From the NCBI RefSeq assembly GCF_018350175.1, contig NC_058368.1, positions 138,200,001 through 138,264,000 on the forward strand: a stretch of DNA of 64,000 nt, read 5' to 3'. Below, in pieces: positions 1 through 13,423 of the stretch (within the stretch, counting starts at the first letter, position 1; the number at the start of each line of letters is the position of its first letter). The translations under genes and the position numbers were made by a program. Under the pieces are notes generated by a model that saw nothing but the letters and a program-made list of their open reading frames with translations, did not search any database and was not told where the DNA came from. Source of the stretch: Felis catus. Taxonomy: Eukaryota.

Positions 1-315
1 AAAATAAGTTTTTCCTTGAAGACCGAGAGCTGTGGAGGTTTGCCAGCAATGTGACAACTGGACCTGAGAGCCAGCCTCCGGGAGTAAAATCACCTGTGGG
101 GAGTGGTCAGGTGTGCCTCAGCGTAGGGCCCGGTCCTTTCCTTAAGGTGGCTCTTCCATAATGCTAATTAAGTCCAAGACTAGCTTCCTGTTGATGTGCC
201 GTGATACACGTGACACGTCTTGATTTTTTTTTTTTTTCTGAGATGATACACACGAACAGAATTGTGGCACATTAAGTAATTTTTTAACATCCCTGACTTT
301 ATCGATATTTTCCAG

Positions 316-376
316 TGTGTGGAAAGCCCGGTGGTTCAACCGAAGGAACCCGAAGACCGGGACAGTCTAGACGCGG
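316..376 (+). CDS. ARHGEF28: ARHGEF28 internal coding exon (~exon 9), 61 nt, CVESPVVQPKEPEDRDSLDA+G
   Basis: ttttccag|TGT...GCG G|gtatgt. Phase 0 to 1, joins exon 41299 as G|AT. Resembles the recalled human RVKSLVVQHNEHEDQHSLDL. Not in the ORF track. Confidence 0.88.
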
Positions 377-2432
377 GTATGTTCTGAAATGCCACTTTCC
401 CCTGTACTCACAGGAGTATGCCAGTCCTGGGTATGCACGGGACAAAATGAAATCTTCCTTCCTGGGAGCTGTGGCTAGTTTGTGAACACGATGGACGTAA
501 ATTTTCCTTGCAGCAACAGTTCTAATATTAGGAGTTGAGAGGTTGAATAATATCCACTTATGATCCTTTAAAAAACAAATCAAGACAAAGCCATGAAGGC
601 TTTTCCTGAGCGGTTGAACTCTGAGCCAGACTCTGTCTTGGGACTCACTGTGTTGCTTATGTTGTTACTTCTGTGAGGTAGGCTCCACTTGCTTCAGGTG
701 AAGTGACAGGGGTCCTTGAGAGCAGGTGGTGGAATGGAGACTCCTAACTTCATTCTGCCTGGCCCCGGAATCCCAAGCTTAACACCCTCCCATTTGGATA
801 CCCACTTGGGCGGCCCTCGGAGCTGAGCCCCTGTGGTCCTCTCCCTGGCCTCAGGAAAGACCAGATGCTTGTCACTGGGTGCGGAACTTGGCACAAAGAG
901 ATCCCTTGGTCGGGTGAATGTAGTTTTTCCCGGGGACTGAACATTCTCATCTGTCCACAAGTTCTAGTTCACAAGTCTCTATGGCTTCTCCCCAGATCTC
1001 CTTGGCCATCTTCCAATTCTTGAGGGCTAATCTGGACCCCAGGGTTCCGCTTTGAGTTAGAGCCTGACGAAGCAGTTGGAGGCTGGGGGACATACATAAA
1101 CTGGGCTCTCAGCTGATGTCTCGTCTCGGCCCCTGGGCGGTCTGCGCAGACCTCTGGGGCTCAGTGCAAGGCAGATACGCACCAGCTTTCCCAGTTGGTT
1201 TCTTTAGACTCAGCGAAGCTGGGGCAGTTCGCGCACCTGGAAAGCACACAGGCAGGGCAGTGTGAAGTGTTGCGAGGGTGCAGTGGAGGTGTTATTGGCC
1301 CCGGTGGCGAAGTGCTCAGGCCGATGGGAAGGGCAGGGAAACGGAGACAGTGCCCAGGCTGAGTTTAATGGTGAAGGTGGGTGGGCCCGGGAGCCTAGTG
1401 GCGCAGGGGTCTCCCTGGAGGCCAGTGGGGTGTTGGCATATTTGGCAGGCACAGGCAGAGCAGTGACAGCAGTTGGGGAGGCGTGAAGAGTAGAACACGG
1501 CGAGGAGGAAGTACCGTCAGCGTCCGTTGGCTGTGCTGCTGGTAGCTTGGCTGCGAGCCAGACGTGTTTCCAGGGTCTCCCTGAATGAGGTACTACTGCA
1601 GTTGGGACAGAAACTGAGATTCTTCCGAGCAGTGTGCGCACCTTTAAGATTGCTGCTATATAAGGTAAGGGTACTGCTTGACTTGCAGAAGAGGGGAAGA
1701 GGAAGGAGAAATGAAAGCAAACGTCTCCGTTTAAATGACTGTTGTAGGCCATTAAAGCCAGAATCCTAGCCCTTGCTCACGCGCACAGGATGTCTCATCT
1801 ACAAATTGCATCATGCCCCCAGGAACGTTAGCTGTGAAGGATGTTTACCAAAACACACTGCTGGTGGGGGAGGACCGTCGGCTTTTACAGGGGTTCAATA
1901 GCAAGAAGAGACTAATTTTCAGCCTTGAAGGCTCCATTCTCACACCGGTGCACGTGCTGGGTTAGAAGACACGTGGTAAGGAGACAGTAGTGGTCTGACC
2001 TCATCAGTGTGTTTGGTCAGTCACAACGTTGTGTCTGAGGAGGATTGTAATAAATGCTTTGAGACAAACTTGGACTTTAGTCCAGTGAGTTATGAAAAGG
2101 GCCGTGAATGATTGTGCCTGTGCTAACGTTTGCTTTTTGTTCAGTTAAAGTCACCTGACTTGATGCCAAGAAGGCTCTCTTTTAAAAGAGCCTTCTGGGA
2201 CAGAAGGGGGAAGGAAGCAGTGAGCAAGAGTTGGATGGTAAGCCCGAGCCTGGAATCTGAAATGGCTTTTCCCCAAGGTCACTTCCAAACTATTGTGTTA
2301 TTTTATATGTACTTATATTCTGCTCAGTCTGCAAGGACACGCTGATTAATGTGGGGTTGAGATACATGTCTTGGCTGACTTGGATTATTCAAAATAGTAT
2401 GACGTTAGTTTTGCATGCTCTCATAAACTACA

Positions 2433-2560
2433 GCAGTGCTGTTCCAGTAGAACTTTCTGTGATGATGGACATGTTTTATATCTACATTGTTTGCAGTGGT
2501 AGCCAGTAGCCATAGGTCTATTGAGTGTATGGTCTGTGACTCAGGAATTGATATATATAC
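2433..2560. mobile_element. MER3-like hAT-Charlie relic
   Basis: cagtgctgttccagtagaactttctgtgatgatggacatg...gtagccagtagcca resembles MER3. Confidence 0.65.
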
Positions 2561-3859
2561 ATTTTTAAAAATTTATCGCCCTGGAAATTCCCATTGTATC
2601 GTTGGCCATCAGAGCATCAAGAATTATACTGGCTGTTAGTTCCTACACTGAAAATGGCTGTTGATTGCAGGGATGATGTCTTGGGTGGGTAACAGCTGGT
2701 TAGCTCGTCCAAGTCAGTGCCTCTGAGCCACTCAGGGAGTACTAAGAGGACTTTTGGGAGTGATGGCCCTGCTCTCTGTGGATGCTGTAAGAACCTCCAA
2801 GGGGAGGCTCTCAGTTGAAGGGCTGGGATCCAATTCTGTTGCCGTCAGAGTGAAGAGAGGAACTTCTCAATGTGTATTTCCTTCACATTGAGGGCAGGTA
2901 GAATGGAGAGAGCGGGCAGAGCATTTGGAGGAAATGGATTGAGAGAACATAGATGAAATGGGCCAATGGAGAAATGAAGAAGGAAGAAAGGGTCCATTTG
3001 GCTCAAGTATACAGGACTGAATGTGATTAAGAAATAGAAGCTGGGCGGTGGGTTGCAGCAAGCCCTGTGCTGAGGAGAACGGAAGTGGACAGCGGTGGGG
3101 ATGTGGGGGGACGTGGGGGGATGGTGAGCCTCAGCCACCCTCCTGGAGCTCCACCTGCACACAAAAATGCATAAAGCATCGCTGCGCCAGCCAGGTTGCA
3201 TGTGGCATGACCCGTTGCTGTCGTGCAAACTCTACTTTTAAAAGGTTGAATTTGAAAAAATACAACTGCCTGGTTAGAAATTAAGATTTCCAGTGGAAAT
3301 CTTGTGCTTGAAGAGTGTGAAACAAGAGTGCCGGTATCTCAGGTGAATTATAGAAGGTCCTGGAAGAGAACACTCCTGCTAGCCTAGCAAGGGATACTCA
3401 AGAGTGTGAGTGAAATTGTGTGTGTCACACCAGATTCAGTGACACTCGCACGGATATGGATTTTTCTGCAATAATTTATCAGCCATGTCCTGCATTGAGC
3501 AAAGATTGTTTAAAAATTACAGCTCAAGCTGTAATAGTCACATATTATATGACTATTTAGATGGAAAAAATGGGTAGGCAAACTAGACTTGTTAAAATAA
3601 GAACCAGGTGAGCATGTTTTAGCTTTCCTTATGGGACCTGGTTCTAGGGAGGTGGAGATGGAGGGGAGCTCGAGATGGAATTGGCTGGCATCATCGGCCT
3701 TGCTTGACAGTCCCAGGACCTTGAATCTCTGGGCATGAAGCAAAGCCGTTCCAGGTTTGGCTGGCTGGCAGAGAGTGGGCTTCCTGAAGTGCCAGAGAAG
3801 ACTTGAAATAGAATGTCGTGCCAAGTAGACTTGTGGATAAAATAATCTTTCTAAATTAT

Positions 3860-4080
3860 GGAAGTCGTAAATGCTCACAGTAGAAAAATTTGAAAGCTTA
3901 TAAAAAGTAGGAAAAGAGAAAAACACCCCTGGAATTCTCCCACCCCAGAGCAGGTGCCCTTCAACTTTGGTGTATTCCTACCAGTATTTTTATTACACAT
4001 CCATTTTTTTACATAGTTGGGATCATGTAAATCACAGAATTCTGTGTCCTGGTTTATTCATTTAACATTATATGCCATAA
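3860..4080 (-). mobile_element. Old L1M (L1ME-like) 3' fragment
   Basis: Degenerate L1ME-type 3'UTR motifs (tttggtgtattcc...catagttgggatcat...catttaacattat). Confidence 0.45.
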
Positions 4081-5910
4081 GTAAGCTCTATTTTAGTAGG
4101 TAGCTTAAAATGATTCTGTACTTTTTTTTCCTACACAAAAATGGGTTACTTTTCTAAAATGAAAGGGAAAGTATCGTAGATGATGCCAACAAGTACTTAT
4201 CAGTGAGAAGAAAAAGGCTTTTTTAAATAATATATGTGGTTTGATTTTATAGAGTGACCTGATTTTCATTTTATGCTGAGGCTCGAATCCCAATTAGTCT
4301 TGAATAATTCTTGTATCACTTCATTGCTTTTACTGTTGTTACTTATATGTAACATGAGAAAAAGAAAACCTTTTAGTTAGTAGGTGTTGGGACTGGGAGG
4401 GGTGGATATCAGGGAGACACATGAACAAAAGCTGGTGTAGAAAGAAACCCAACCCATCCCCCCTCCCCCCAAAAAAACCCATCCAGACCAATTGTGAAGA
4501 CAAGGAAGCAGAAATAGACAGAAACAAACAGTAGGAAGTGCAGTGTTGCAGATTGCCTAACCTAGACAGCACAGACTTTCATGACTACAGAAATACTCAA
4601 AAGGAGAAACAAAGGCCTTACCCAGGAAGCTTAGGAAAAAATGTGAGCGAGGGAAACCTGGAAGGAAATGATTGGAAGATCCAAAGGATCAGCCCCTCTA
4701 GAACGAAATGTTTGGTGTAATACAAACTTCTTACAGGATCCTCATTTGTGGCTCTATTTGGGAGAGGTCCAGGTCCGTGGATTTCAGTGGTAAGATGCAT
4801 GGAGGCCATATAGTCATTCATGTTAGTTTGGCATAAACCACCAAATAAGTAGGGCTAATCAGGTTAGTCTTTGGTTTCTTATGTTAACTAAAAGTTTAGA
4901 AATGGAATTCAGGTTGCTAAGTTATAAAAGCATATAAAACAGCACTTTTAAGTTGTTTGTGAAAATAGTTTTGAGATGGTTCCAAATGGCGCCGAATCTT
5001 AAGATCTAGCACCCATGTCAGTGGAAGCTGGCTGTCTCTTGGCTGTTATTTAATAATAAATGTGTATCTATGTTGAGATCTGAAGAATGTTAAATGAAAC
5101 ATGAAGGAATATTTAAAAAGTGTCAGGGAGAAGGGAGCTTAGCAGAGCTTGTAACCTTCTGAAAAAGAAGTTTTGAAATTTTTGGCAGATCTCTCTCTAT
5201 GCCCCAAGCTACAGAAGCTTCCGTGGATTCCTTTTTTTAGGCCGGGGATGGGAGGGGTGTGTCATTTCTTTACCACAAGCCAAAGCTTATCAGTGGTTTG
5301 ATTTTTGAAACAAAGGGGCTGGGGCTTTAGATGGACAAATATCCCAGGAAGACCATTGGGGATGCATAGTTATTTGTAAAAACGGACTCATTGTAGTCCT
5401 GTTGATTTCAGTTAATTTTTTTTTTTTTTTTTTACCATGCTTGTTGAGGTTTTAAACACTGTTTTTGGTAGAAGAATTTACTGACTTACTAGAATTCCGC
5501 TGAGTGTATGTAATAAGCTCAATTTGGGTGTTTTACCATGAGTGTTCTGCCTGTTCTCTTTGTGCCTTCACTGTTTGGACACATTCTCCTCGTGGAATGT
5601 GAATAAACCATTGTTCTTTAAATTAGACGAGAGGAATATTTATTGGCAGAAATGTATTCCATAAATTAAAGAATTTGGGGAGTTTTAGGTTAATCTGTAC
5701 TATAATCTAGGAAGCAGGTACACACTAAAACCTTACTGGAGGTGTAGAGTGTCATGCTGCTTTTTCTTTGGATTAAAAAACAAAAACTGTTAAACTGAAA
5801 GTCCCAAATCTATTAGGAGCCTCATGCTCTGCCGATTAGCTCGTAAATATAAAAAAGGGAAAATAAAAGTGAATGAAGATGAAGAGTTGCATAGGTACTC
5901 TGTTACCCTG

Positions 5911-6080
5911 CGGTTCTAAACTCAGCCTACACATTGGGATTACCTTGGAGCTTTATACTGAAACCTGTGTCCATCCCCATAGAAATCTGACTGACTTGGT
6001 CTGGACTGTAGCCTGCACGTAAAGAGTTCTACACGTTCCCCAGGTGATTCTCAATTGTGGCTGGAGGTTGGGAACCATGA
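5911..6080. mobile_element. MER5A-like hAT-Charlie MITE
   Basis: gcggttctaaact...ccccaggtgattct...ggttgggaacca, with degenerate terminal inverted repeats. Confidence 0.7.
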
Positions 6081-6650
6081 CCTACGTCCTCAGGGGAGCT
6101 CTGCTTTCCTGGAATCACCCCTGACTTCCTGGGTTTTCCATATTTTTGGAGTTGGAGAAATGGTGGTTCTACTTTTATTGCAGTAGATTGCAAAAGCAAT
6201 TAATGGAAGCCAATTTGTACTGGGTTTGCAGACTCCCAATGATTATCACCATCAATATCCTCATCGATCTCTGGGGAATGTAAAACCTTTGGGGAAAAAA
6301 AATTACTGAGAAAATTTCCCAATCACTTGAACCTAAATGAGATGGTTAACATTTAAAGATTAATCACTTTAAAATATTAAGAAGGAATCCTGTGATTGTG
6401 ACTTGCTTTCAGAGTCATTTACTGGACTCTGAGGTGCACAGATGGGGATGAAGGGAATTGGGTTTATGCTCATGTGATAAGGGCTTTACAAAGATACCTG
6501 ATGTTTGGCATTAGTACCTATAGCACTAACCGAACTACCTTTTTCTTTCTCTTCGCAAACAAATTTAATTTCTGAAATGTAACTGAGGGAGGGGAAAAAT
6601 GGCAGTTTTTTTCTCTGAATTCTAAATGTCCTTTTTGTCGTTGCTGTCTT

Positions 6651-7880
6651 TCATTTTATTTTTTCATCATGATAGGTATATTCTTTAATCCCCGTCTCCT
6701 ATTTCCCACCACCCCCCCAACCTACCCTCTGGTAATGATCAGTTTGTTCTCTGTAGTTGAATCTATTCATTGGTTTGTCTCTCACTCTCTTTTTTCCTTT
6801 GCTTGTTTTATTTCTTAAATTCCACGTGTAAGTGAGATCATAAGGTATTTGTCTTTCTCTGACTGACTTATTTTGCTTAGTATTATACTCTTTAGCTCTG
6901 TGTTGTTGCAAATGGCAAGATTTTTTTATGGCTGAATAATTTTTTATTTTATGCACCCTCTACCCACCCACCCTCCCCCCATCTTCTTTATCCATTCATC
7001 AGTTGATGGACACTCATGCTGTTTCTGTACTTTGGCTATTGTAGATAATGTTGCAATAAAACTAGGAATACATATATCCCTTTGAAGTAGCATTTTTGTA
7101 TTTTTTGGGTACTCAATAGTGTGATTACTGGATCATAGAGTAGTTCAATTTTAAATTTCTTGAGGAACTGCCATGCTTTTCCAGAGTGGCTATACAAGGT
7201 TGCATTCCCACCAACAGTAAACAAGGGTTCCGTTTTCTCCACTTCTTGCCAACACGGTGTTTCCTGTGTTTTTCATTTTACCCAATCTCATAGGTGTAAG
7301 GTGGTATCTCAGTGTGGTTTAGATATGCATTTCCGTGATGATGAGTGATATTGAACATCTTTTCATGTGTCTGTTGGCTATCTGGGTCTTCTTTGGAGAA
7401 ATGTCTGTTCATGTCTTCTGCCCATTCTTTTTTTTTTTTTTAATTGGGCTGTTTGTTTTTTGGGTACTGAGTTGTATCTGTTTTGTTATATAGTCTGGAT
7501 ACTAGCCCTTTATTGGATATGTCATTTCCAAATATTTTCTCCCATTTGTAGGCTGTCTTTTAGTTTTGTTAACGGTTTCCTTTATGCTGCAGAAACTTTT
7601 TATTTTGATGTAGTCCCAATGGTTTATTTTTGTTTTTGTTTCCCTTGCCTCCGGAGACGTACCTAGAGAAATGTTGCTTTGGCTGATGTCGGAGAAATTA
7701 CCGCCTGTGCTCTCTTCAAGGATTTGTATGGTTTCAGGTCTCACATTTAGGTCCCTAATCCATTTTGAATTTATTTTTAAACTCAAATGATGTAATAAAG
7801 TGGTCGACTTTCATTCTTTTCCATGTGGCTGTCCAGTTTTCCTGACACCCTTTGTTGAAAAGACCATCTTTTTCCCATTT
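6651..7880 (-). mobile_element. 5'-truncated carnivore L1 (ORF2 C-terminus + 3'UTR)
   Basis: Minus-strand ORF pieces KINSKWIRDLNVRPETIQILEE and EPLFTVGGNA...KIELLYDPVI are typical of L1 ORF2, broken by frameshifts. Confidence 0.93.
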
Positions 7881-8612
7881 ACGTATGAATTGTAAATTTT
7901 CATTCTCCAAAATAAGATTCTCAACTCCGAATAAACTAAGTGAATAAGTAAATTCCATAGGCTCCATCCCTAAAGATTCTATTTTGATGGTTTAAGTCAA
8001 ATGATTAGATACAGAATTCAAGCAAAAATAAAATATTAAAGAAAGTAAAACTAATTTATAAAACATGAAAACAAATGAAAACTGGGAAATATATTCTGGA
8101 AATATACTTAACATTTTTATAAGAAAAGTTAAAATTCCACCCATAGATTTCTTTCTCTTGTGTTGAAATACTCGAGTATAGCGTATACAGACGTCAAATG
8201 TTAAAATTGCTCTCACAGAAGAATCACTGGGCTCTGGGCCCGACAGCAGAGTACGTGTGCTTATGTGAGTTGAGGCTTGGTTTTGATTGAGTACCAGTGG
8301 CTAATCCCTTGGAAGGGACTTCAGGGCAATTAAGTAAGAGCTCGTATTGCTGGCATGAAAGCTAACAATTTACTGGGACACACTGCTTTAACTTTCAGAG
8401 TGGCTAATTGAGAGGACCCTTTTATGAAACATGGCCCCTTTCTTCCAACATGAGCAAGAAAGCCAACAGAATTTATTCTTCACAGTATGAGATCCTGTGG
8501 AAGAATGTATACAGCCAAAATACAGAGAAGTGGTACAACCACAAATTGAATAGGAGACCCAGTAGTAAATCTGTGTCTTTATAATATTTTAAATAACTTT
8601 AACTTCACTCTG

Positions 8613-8643
<31 letters not shown>

Positions 8644-9049
8644 GATACCTAGAACTTGAGAAGAAAACTGTGAGTAAGCTAGCTGGGTTTCATCCATGCT
8701 CTTGAGATCTGTCTGCGGATAAGATTTCTGTGATCCGATTGAGGTAGGCTCACTGAGGTACCCTCAGTTGCACATGAGAGCCTCTCCCTAGGGTTACTTC
8801 TTGGGGACCTCTTAATTCCAAAGAGACACTATTTGTTTATGAAAAATTAAAATTAGTTTCAGGATATCATCTTTAATGTTTAATTAGCTCTGTTGGTAAC
8901 TTCACATAATAACTTAAAAGAAAGTGGAGTTTTAAGCATGACTTGACTTCTCCGTATCGCATTAAGTAAGTGATTCAGTATTTTAGCGTGAATTCCACAA
9001 ACATTTAATGAACATAGATTCTGTACTTTATCTCATCCTTAAAAAATGT

Positions 9050-10150
9050 TTTAAGCTTTATTTTTTAGAATAGCTTCAGATTTACAGAAAAATTGTAAAG
9101 ATAGTACAGAGAGTTCCCACACGCCCCTCTTCCCCATTAACATCATATATTATGGTACACCTTTTTTTTTTTTAATTTTTTTTTTCAACGTTTTTTATTT
9201 ATTTTGGGGACAGAGAGAGACAGAGCATGAATGGGGGAGGGGCAGAGAGAGAGGGAGACACAGAATCGGAAACAGGCTCCAGGCTCCGAGCCATCAGCCC
9301 AGAGCGACGCGGGGCTCGAACTCACGGACCGCGAGATCGTGACCTGGCTGAAGTCAGACGCTTAACCGACTGCGCCACCCAGGCGCCCCATGGTACACCT
9401 TTTTAAAATTGATTGATGCATTATTATTGACAAAAGTGCATACTTTATTTAAATTGCTTTAGTTTTTATCTGATTTCCTTTCTGTGTCCCAGGATCCTAT
9501 CCAGGATGCCATATTGTATTTAGTTACCATGTTTCCTTAGGCTCCTCTTGGCTGTGAGAATTTCTCAGACTTTCCTGGTTTTTAATAATCTTGACAGTTT
9601 TAGGAGTACTGGTCAAGTGTTAGGTATAATTTCCCTCAATTGTTATTTTTGTAAAATTTTTTCCCATTATTAAAATTGGGGTTATGGGTTTGGGGAGGAA
9701 TACCACAGAGGCAAAATGCCATTGTCATCACCTCATTGGTGTATGCTATCATTACTTTCACTGTTAATGACGACCTTGATTATCTGGCAGAGGTGGGTTT
9801 TGTCAGCTTTATTCACTGTAAAATGATTCTTGCCCACTACTCTTTGCATACTATACTCTTTGGAAGGAAGTCATGATGTTCAGCCCATACTTGAGGGGTG
9901 GGGTGTCATCTGTATACATCCTTGTGTGCTAATAAGTAATTTGGAATTCTCCTGCTTGGGGGGCTTATACCCTTCCTTACCTATTTATTCAATCATTTAT
10001 GTCAGTATAGATTTTTGGATATTTATTGGATACTTGAGGTAATAATCTAGTCCTGCTTTATTGTTCAGAAGTGGTCTCACTCTGGCAATGGAGGAACTCT
10101 TCCAGTTGGCTTCTTTGTCCTTTGTACATATTTCTGTCATTGTGGGGTTT
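9050..10150 (-). mobile_element. Old L1MC/MD-like 3' fragment, interrupted by the SINE at 9162
   Basis: ttcagatttacagaaaaattgtaaagatagtacagagagttccc and ccaggatcctatccaggat...tgtatttagtt motifs. Confidence 0.6.
9162..9389 (-). mobile_element. Young felid Can-SINE (SINEC_Fc type)
   Basis: tRNA-derived head, (CT)n, A-tail. TSD atggtacacctttt. Confidence 0.95.
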
Positions 10151-10169
10151 TGTTGTTGTTGTTTTAGGG

Positions 10170-10810
10170 GAGTGAAAATACTCTTTAAGACACTCTGATG
10201 GTGGATACATGACACTGAATTTGTTAAAACTCAGAGAGCTTAATGGCATACAGAGTGAACTTTAATATGGGCAAATAAAAAAATTTAAGTTGGAGGATCC
10301 TATGATGGAGACAGAATGTGACAAAACCATTTAACTGTACTAAAAATGTATGAAATGCCTTACTGTAGGGGATGAGGAGAGTTCAGACCTCAATAACTTT
10401 GGAAATGAGTAGAGTCTGTAAGATGAAAGGAAGCGGTACATAAACATTGTCCTCTAGGTGATGGAATTGTTGGTCCCGGGGATACAGGTTAACAATTATA
10501 CCACTGTAAAAGTACCCTGGAAATGAACAATTAAGCAAATGGATTATAGATAAGATTGTTATGTTGGAGTGGGAGTTGGTAGATAACCAAGGAGAGGAGG
10601 CTGGAATGATCTTTGTGCTAATGAATTAGAGTTGGACACATCAGTATGTACTCATGATTAGTTAACATGGACACGCATAGTTGCTTATAGAAATATTTGT
10701 AGATAAATGTGTATGCATACGTTAGGGCACACATGTAGGTGTCTCCTTACTCTTCCAGTTGACAGGGCCTAGAAGTAACAATACTCTAGTTAGCATATGT
10801 AAGATGAGCC
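10170..10810 (+). mobile_element. Old L1M (L1MD-like) 3'UTR fragment
   Basis: atggtggatacatgacact...aaaactcagaga...gagtgaactttaat motif. Confidence 0.55.
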
Positions 10811-11520
10811 ACCCTTTATTTAAAACTAGGATTCTCCATTCTGTTTTGTGGGAATTTTAGCTTTAGAACTATGGCATGGATAGATTTAAGTTTACATTAG
10901 AACTAATTGTTTAAGTTTTTTTTGCCCCTTTTATATCTCCTAGTTAACTTTTGGACATGCAAATAATCATATAAAAGTCCATAGAAGAATAAGTTGAACT
11001 TTGAATGTTAAAATTGGCTTTAAAAAGTAGGTTTGTAAATAAGTTTGTGGCACATAAGAAACTTTTTTGGGAAGATTTGGGAAAATTGGAATCGGAAAAT
11101 TATCAGAAAAAAACCTAAAATGTAGATGTCGCTCTCCCTAAGTGTCGTGGCTCTTTCTATCATGAAGGATCCCTTTGTCCTGAGGCTATGACAAGAAACT
11201 TGACTATCTGTCCACCCTTGCTCTGTCCAGCCTCATGGCTCATATCCTTGCTTTTCCCATCCCTAGGATCTCTCACATCCAGTGTCCACAGCTGCCTCTC
11301 CATAATAGAGTCAAAATTCCTCATAATTCATTGTTCAGAAAAACCAAGTGCTCATACTTTTTTCCTTTTAGGTTATGCCAAGGATTTCAATGTCTAAAAC
11401 AAAAATAGATCCACCAAGAGTCTTTTTTTTTTTTTTTTTTTTCCTTAAGAGTATCATCTGAATAGAAATTGATCATTTTAGCCTTATTAACTGCTAGGGG
11501 AAGCATTGACAATATAATTC

Positions 11521-11628
11521 TTTTTTTTTTTTTAAAAAAATGTATGTATCCATGTATTTATTCATTTAAATATAATTTATTGTTAAATTGGCTTCTATAA
11601 AACACCCAGTGCTCATCCCAACAAGTGC
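11521..11628 (-). mobile_element. Short copy of a felid L1 3' end (duplicate of ~12400-12467)
   Basis: atttaaatataatt...aaattggcttc.ataaaacacccagtgctca.cccaaca.gtgc occurs twice. Confidence 0.8.
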
Positions 11629-12394
11629 TGTTTTGAAGGGACACATGCACCCCCATGTTGATAGCGACACTATCAACAATAGCCAAAGTATGGAAAGAGC
11701 CCAAATGCCCATCGGTGGATGAATGGATAAAGAAGAGGTGGTATATGGGGCGCCTGGGTGGCGCAGTCGGTTAAGCGTCCGACTTCAGCCAGGTCACGAT
11801 CTCGCGGTCCGTTGAGTTCGAGCCCCGCGTCAGGCTCTGGGCTGAGGGCTCGGAGCCTGGAGCCTGTTTCCGATTCTGTGTCTCCCTCTCTCTCTGCCCC
11901 TCCCCCGTTCATGCTCTGTCTCTCTCTGTCCCAAAAATGAATAAATGTTGAAAAAAAAATTAAAAAAAAAAAAAAAAAGAAGAAGAGGTGGTATATGTAT
12001 ACAATGGACTATTGCTTGGCTACCAAAAAGAATGAAATCTTGTCATTTGCAACTATGTGGATGGAACTGGAGGGTATTATGCTAAGTGAAATTAGAAAAA
12101 GACAAACATCATATGACTTCACTCATATGAGGACTTGAAGAGACAAAACAGATGAACATAAGGGAAGGGACACAAAAATAATATAAAAACAGGGAGGGGG
12201 ACAAAACAGAAGAGACTCATAAATATGGAGAACAAACAGAGGGTTACTGGAAGGGGTGTGGGGGGGATGGGCTAAATGGGTAAAGGGCACTATGGAATCT
12301 ACTCCTGAAATCATTGTTGTACTATATGCTAACTCATTTGGATGTAAATTAAAAAATAAAATTAAAAAAAATAGTAAAAAAAAATTAAAAAAAA
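11625..12394 (+). mobile_element. 5'-truncated felid L1 (L1_Fc-like) with poly-A, interrupted by a SINE
   Basis: ORF2 end (acacatgcacccccatg...gaatggataaagaag), felid 3'UTR ggaatctactcctgaaatcattgttg, A-rich tail. Confidence 0.92.
11747..11979 (+). mobile_element. Young SINEC_Fc inside L1
   Basis: TSD aagaagaggtggtatat. Carries the extra-T variant ggtccgTtgag. Confidence 0.95.
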
Positions 12395-12399
12395 CCTGC

Positions 12400-13240
12400 T
12401 TATTTATTTAAATATAATTTGTCAAATTGGCTTCCATAAAACACCCAGTGCTCACCCCAACACGTGCCCTCCTCATTGCCCATCACTCACTTTCCCCTCC
12501 CTGCCCCCCACCCATTTGTTCTCTACATTTAAGAGTCTCCTATGGTTTGCCTCCCTCCCTCTCTGTAACTTTTTTTTCCCCTTCCCCTCCCCCATGGACT
12601 TCGGTTAAGTTTCTCAGGATCCACATATGAGTGAAAACATATGCTGTTTTTCTCTGTCTGACTTATTCCATTTAGCATAATACCCTCCAGTTCCATCCAC
12701 ATTGCTGCAAATGGCCAGATTTCATTCTTTGTCGTTACCAAGTACTATTCTGTTGTAAATATAAACCACATCTCCTTTATCCATTCATCAGTTGATGGAC
12801 ATTTGGGCTCTTTCCATAATTTGGCTATTGTTGAGAGTGCAGCTATAAACATTGGGGTACAAGTGCCCCTAGGCATCAGCACTCCTGTATCCCTTGGGTA
12901 AATTCCTAGCAGTGCTATTGCTGGGTCATCGGGTAGTTCTATTTTTAATTTTTTGAGGAACCTCCACACTTTTCCAGAGTGGCTTCACCAGTTTTCATTC
13001 CCACCACCTGTGCAAGAGGGTTCCTGTTTCTCCACATCCTCTCCAGCATCTATAGTCTCCTGATTTGTTCATTTTAGCCACTCTAACCGGCGTGAGGTGG
13101 TATCTGAGTGTGGTTTTGATTTGTATTTCCCTAATGGAGTGACATTGAGCATCTTTTCATGTGTCTGTTGGCCATCTGGATGTCTTTGGAAAAGTATCTA
13201 TTCGTGTCTTCTGCCCATTTCTTCACTGGATTGTTTGTTA
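12400..13240 (-). mobile_element. 5'-truncated felid/carnivore L1
   Basis: ORF pieces [24 protein letters not shown]...CTPMFIAALSTIAKLWKEPKCPSTDEWIK. Confidence 0.93.
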
Positions 13241-13247
13241 AAAAAAA

Positions 13248-13423
13248 CTATTTATTTTGAGAGAGAGTGTGTGAGTGGGGGAGGAGGGAGGCAGAGAATT
13301 CTAAGCAGCCTCCATGCTGTCATCACAGAGCCCAACCTGGACTTGATCTCAACGACTCTGAGATCATGACCTGAGCCAAAGCCAAGAATCAGACACTAAC
13401 TGACTGAGCCACCCAGGTGCCCC
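13248..13423 (-). mobile_element. Older Can-SINE
   Basis: Ends gactgagccacccaggtgcccc, diverged body. Confidence 0.85.

Noticed and set aside
1210..1752. Longest ORF in the track (180 aa, minus strand)
   Set aside because: No recognisable domain, P/S/A-rich composition expected from GC-rich antisense intron, no supporting splice or promoter structure.
6699..7967. Reverse-transcriptase-element ORF fragments
   Set aside because: Dead, frameshifted 5'-truncated L1. No intact ORF2 anywhere in the window.
11673..11940. Recurrent ORFs such as MNGGGAEREGDTESETGSRL / MAQSVKRPTSAR (also at 14474, 15572, 27205, 28888, 49544)
   Set aside because: Translations of Can-SINE sequence, not a gene family or CRISPR-like array.
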